NCBI GenBank assembly: GCA_964016885.1 | Contig: OZ024744.1 | Span: 48,174,001 to 48,238,000 of the forward strand | Reading direction: 5' to 3' | DNA: 64,000 nt | DNA from: Eledone cirrhosa | Lineage: Eukaryota | Shown here: piece by piece, positions 61,101-64,000 of the stretch | How the letters are laid out: every line of letters begins with the position of its first letter | Numbering within the stretch: position 1 is the first letter of the stretch | Position numbers and translations under genes: made by a program | The notes under the pieces: generated by a model | What the model was told of the DNA's origin: nothing | Database searches by the model: none | Seen by the model: only the letters and a program-made list of their open reading frames with translations

Positions 61101-64000
61101 AGAACACTAACCACATTAGACTATCAAGACCAGAACACCAACCACATTAGACTATCAAGACCAGAACACCAACCACATCACATTAGACTATCAAGACCAG
61201 AACACCAACCACATTAGACTATCAAGACCAGAACACCAACAATATCATTTTAGACTATCAAGACCAGAACACCAACCACATTAGACTATCAAGACCAGAA
61301 CACCAACAACATTAGACTATCAAGACCAGAACACCAACCACATCACATTAGACTATCAAGGCAAGAACACCAACCACATTAGACTATCAAGACCAGAACA
61401 CCAACCACATCACATTTGACTATCAAGACCAGAACACCAACCACATCACATTAGACTATCAAGACCAGAACACAAACCACATCACATTAGACTATCAAGA
61501 CCAGAACACCAACCACATCACATTAGACTATCAAGACCAGAACACCAACCACATTAGACTATCAAGACCAGAACTCCAACCACATTAGACTATCAAGAGA
61601 AGAACACCAACCACATCACATTAGACTATCAAGACCAGAACACCAACCACATTAGACTATCAAGACCAGAACTCCAACCACATTAGACTATCAAGACCAG
61701 AACACCAACAACATTAGACTATCAACACCAGAACACCAACCACATTAGACTATCAAGACCAGAACTCCAACCACATTAGACTATCAAGACCAGAACACCA
61801 ACCACATTAGACTATCAAGACCAGAACACCAACAACATTAGACTATCAAGACCAGAACACCAACCACATCACATTAGACTATCAAGACCAGAACAACAAC
61901 CACATTAGACTATCAAGACCAGAACACCAACCACATCACATTTGACTATCAAGACCAGAACACCAACCACATCACATTAGACTATCAAGACCAGAACACC
62001 AACCACATCACATTAGACTATCAAGACCAGAACACCAACCACATCACATTAGACTATCAAGACCAGAACACCAACCACATTAGACTATCAAGACCAGAAT
62101 ACCAACCACATCACATTAGACTATCAAGACCAGAACACCAACCACATTAGACTATCAAGACCAGAACACCAACCACATTAGACTATCAAGACCAGAACAC
62201 CAACCACATTAGACTATCAAGACCAGAACACCAACCACATCACATTAGACTATCAAGACCAGAACACCAACCACATTAGACTATCAAGACCAGAACACCA
62301 ACCACATTAGACTATCAAGACCAGAACACCAACCACATCACATTAGACTATCAAGACCAGAACACCAACCACATTAGACTATCAAGACCAGAACACCAAC
62401 CACATCAGATTAGACTATCCTGACCAGAACACCAACCACATTAGACTATCAAGAACAGAACTCCAACCACATTACACTATCAAGACCAGAACACCAACCA
62501 CATCACATTAGACTATCAAGACCAGAACACCAACCACATCACATTAGACTATCAAGACCAGAACACCAACCACATTAGACTATCAAGACCAGAACACCAA
62601 CCACATTAGACTATCAAGACCAGAACACCAACCACATCACATTAGACTATCAAGACCAGAACACCAACCACATTAGACTATCAAGACCAGAACACCAACC
62701 ACATCAGATTAGACTATCCTGACCAGAACACCAACCACATTAGACTATCAAGAACAGAACTCCAACCACATTACACTATCAAGACCAGAACACCAACCAC
62801 ATCACATTAGACTATCAAGACCAGAACACCAACCACATCACATTAGACTATCAAGACCAGAACACCAACCACATTAGACTATCAAGACCAGAACACCAAC
62901 CACATTAGACTATCAAGACCAGAACACCAACCACATTAGACTATCAAGACCAGAACACCAACCACATTAGACTATCAAGACCAGAACGCCAACCACATTA
63001 GACTATCAAGACCAGAACACCAACCACATTAGACTATCAACACCAGAACACCAACCACATTAGACTATCAAGACCAGAACACCAACAACATCACATTAGA
63101 CTATCAAGACCAGAACACCAACCACATCACATTAGACTATCAAGACCAGAACACCAACCACATTAGACTATCAAGACCAGAACACCAACACATCACATTA
63201 GACTATCAAGACCAGAACACCAACCACATCACAGTAGACTATCCTGACCAGAACACCAACCACATTAGACTATCAAGACCAGAACTCCAACCACATTAGA
63301 CTGTCAAGACCAGAACACCAACCACATCACATTAGACTATCAAGACCAGAACACCAACCACATTAGACTATCAAGACCAGAACACCAACCACATCACATT
63401 AGACTATCAAGACCAGAACACCAACCACATCACATTAGACTATCAAGACCATAACACAAACCACATTAGACTATCAAGACCATAACACCAACCACATTAG
63501 ACTATCAAGACCAGAACACCAACCACATTAGACTATCAAGACCAGAACACCAACCACATTAGACTATCAAGACCAGAACACCAACCACATCACATAAGAC
63601 TATCAAGACCAGAACATAAACCACATCACATTAGACTATCAAGACCAGAACACCAACCACATCACATTAGACTATCAAGACCAGAACACCAACCACATTA
63701 GACTATCAAGGACAGAACACCAACCATATTAGACTATCAAGACCAGAACACCAACCACATTAGACTATCAACAACAGAACACCAACCACATTAGACTATC
63801 AAGAACAGAACACCAACCACATTAGACTATCAAGACAAGAACACCAACCACATCACATTAGCCTATCAAGAACAGAACACCAACCACGTTAGACTATCAA
63901 GACCAGAACACCAACCACATTAGTCTATCAAGAACAGAACACCAACCACATTAGACTATCAAGACCAGAACACCAACCACATTAGACTATCAAGACCAGA

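Larger units (their letters stand above)
1..64000 (+). repeat. Tandem satellite/minisatellite array of mixed 31 bp and 36 bp monomers, extending beyond both window edges
   Basis: The unit CATTAGACTATCAAGACCAGAACACCAACCA (31 bp) recurs head-to-tail from base 1 (starts at 1, 32, 63...). The 36 bp form has an extra CACAT. I saw no non-repeat interruption or inversion anywhere. Confidence 0.99.

Noticed and set aside
1-64000. CRISPR array (the unit length of 31-36 bp is CRISPR-like)
   Set aside because: The units abut directly with no unique spacers, and there is no leader or cas gene. Variation is limited to SNPs and one 5 bp duplication.
1-64000. Repetitive protein-coding ORF on either strand
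   Set aside because: The + strand has a TAG in nearly every monomer, 31 bp units rotate it through all frames, and the consensus has no ATG. The minus strand has TGA, TAG and TAA closing two frames per monomer. Open stretches reach only a few hundred bp.
1-64000. Telomerase-synthesised telomere tract
   Set aside because: Point variants are inherited in kb-scale blocks, which indicates DNA-level duplication. Templated addition would regenerate one consensus, and no canonical TTAGGG-type motif is present.
1-64000. Rolling-circle, concatemer or sequencing-noise artefact
   Set aside because: Rare variants recur in identical contexts at consistent offsets on several nested scales, which random error or a single circular template would not produce. 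Local misassembly is still possible.
1-64000. Stable G-quadruplex or hairpin structure
   Set aside because: The minus strand has only GG doublets (three per monomer) and no G3 runs. The only dyad is the short TAG-A-CTA, too small for a stable stem.
1-64000. Assignment to a named satellite family or organism
   Set aside because: I do not recognise the monomer with confidence. A database search is required.

Overview
The whole 64 kb window is one uninterrupted, single-orientation, head-to-tail tandem repeat (satellite/minisatellite) array. I found no unique sequence, gene, RNA gene, transposon or CRISPR spacer. The monomer is 31 bp (CATTAGACTATCAAGACCAGAACACCAACCA). A common 36 bp form carries a duplicated CACAT pentamer (…CCACATCACATTAG…). 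There are roughly 1,900-2,000 monomers, estimated from a mean length of about 33 bp. The + strand is strongly A/C-rich (consensus 14 A, 10 C, 4 T, 3 G). Rare point variants act as barcodes and reveal nested higher-order repeats: ~300 bp 9-mers, 3.19 kb, 3.95 kb and 5.05-5.2 kb duplications, a 15,694 bp period, a ~21.8 kb offset, and a very recent near-perfect 14,637 bp tandem duplication whose junction maps to about 37,446-37,491. There are also small insertions copied from elsewhere in the array and a deletion between two monomers sharing the same variant. The organism and chromosomal location cannot be determined from this window. All offsets were counted by hand and should be confirmed computationally.
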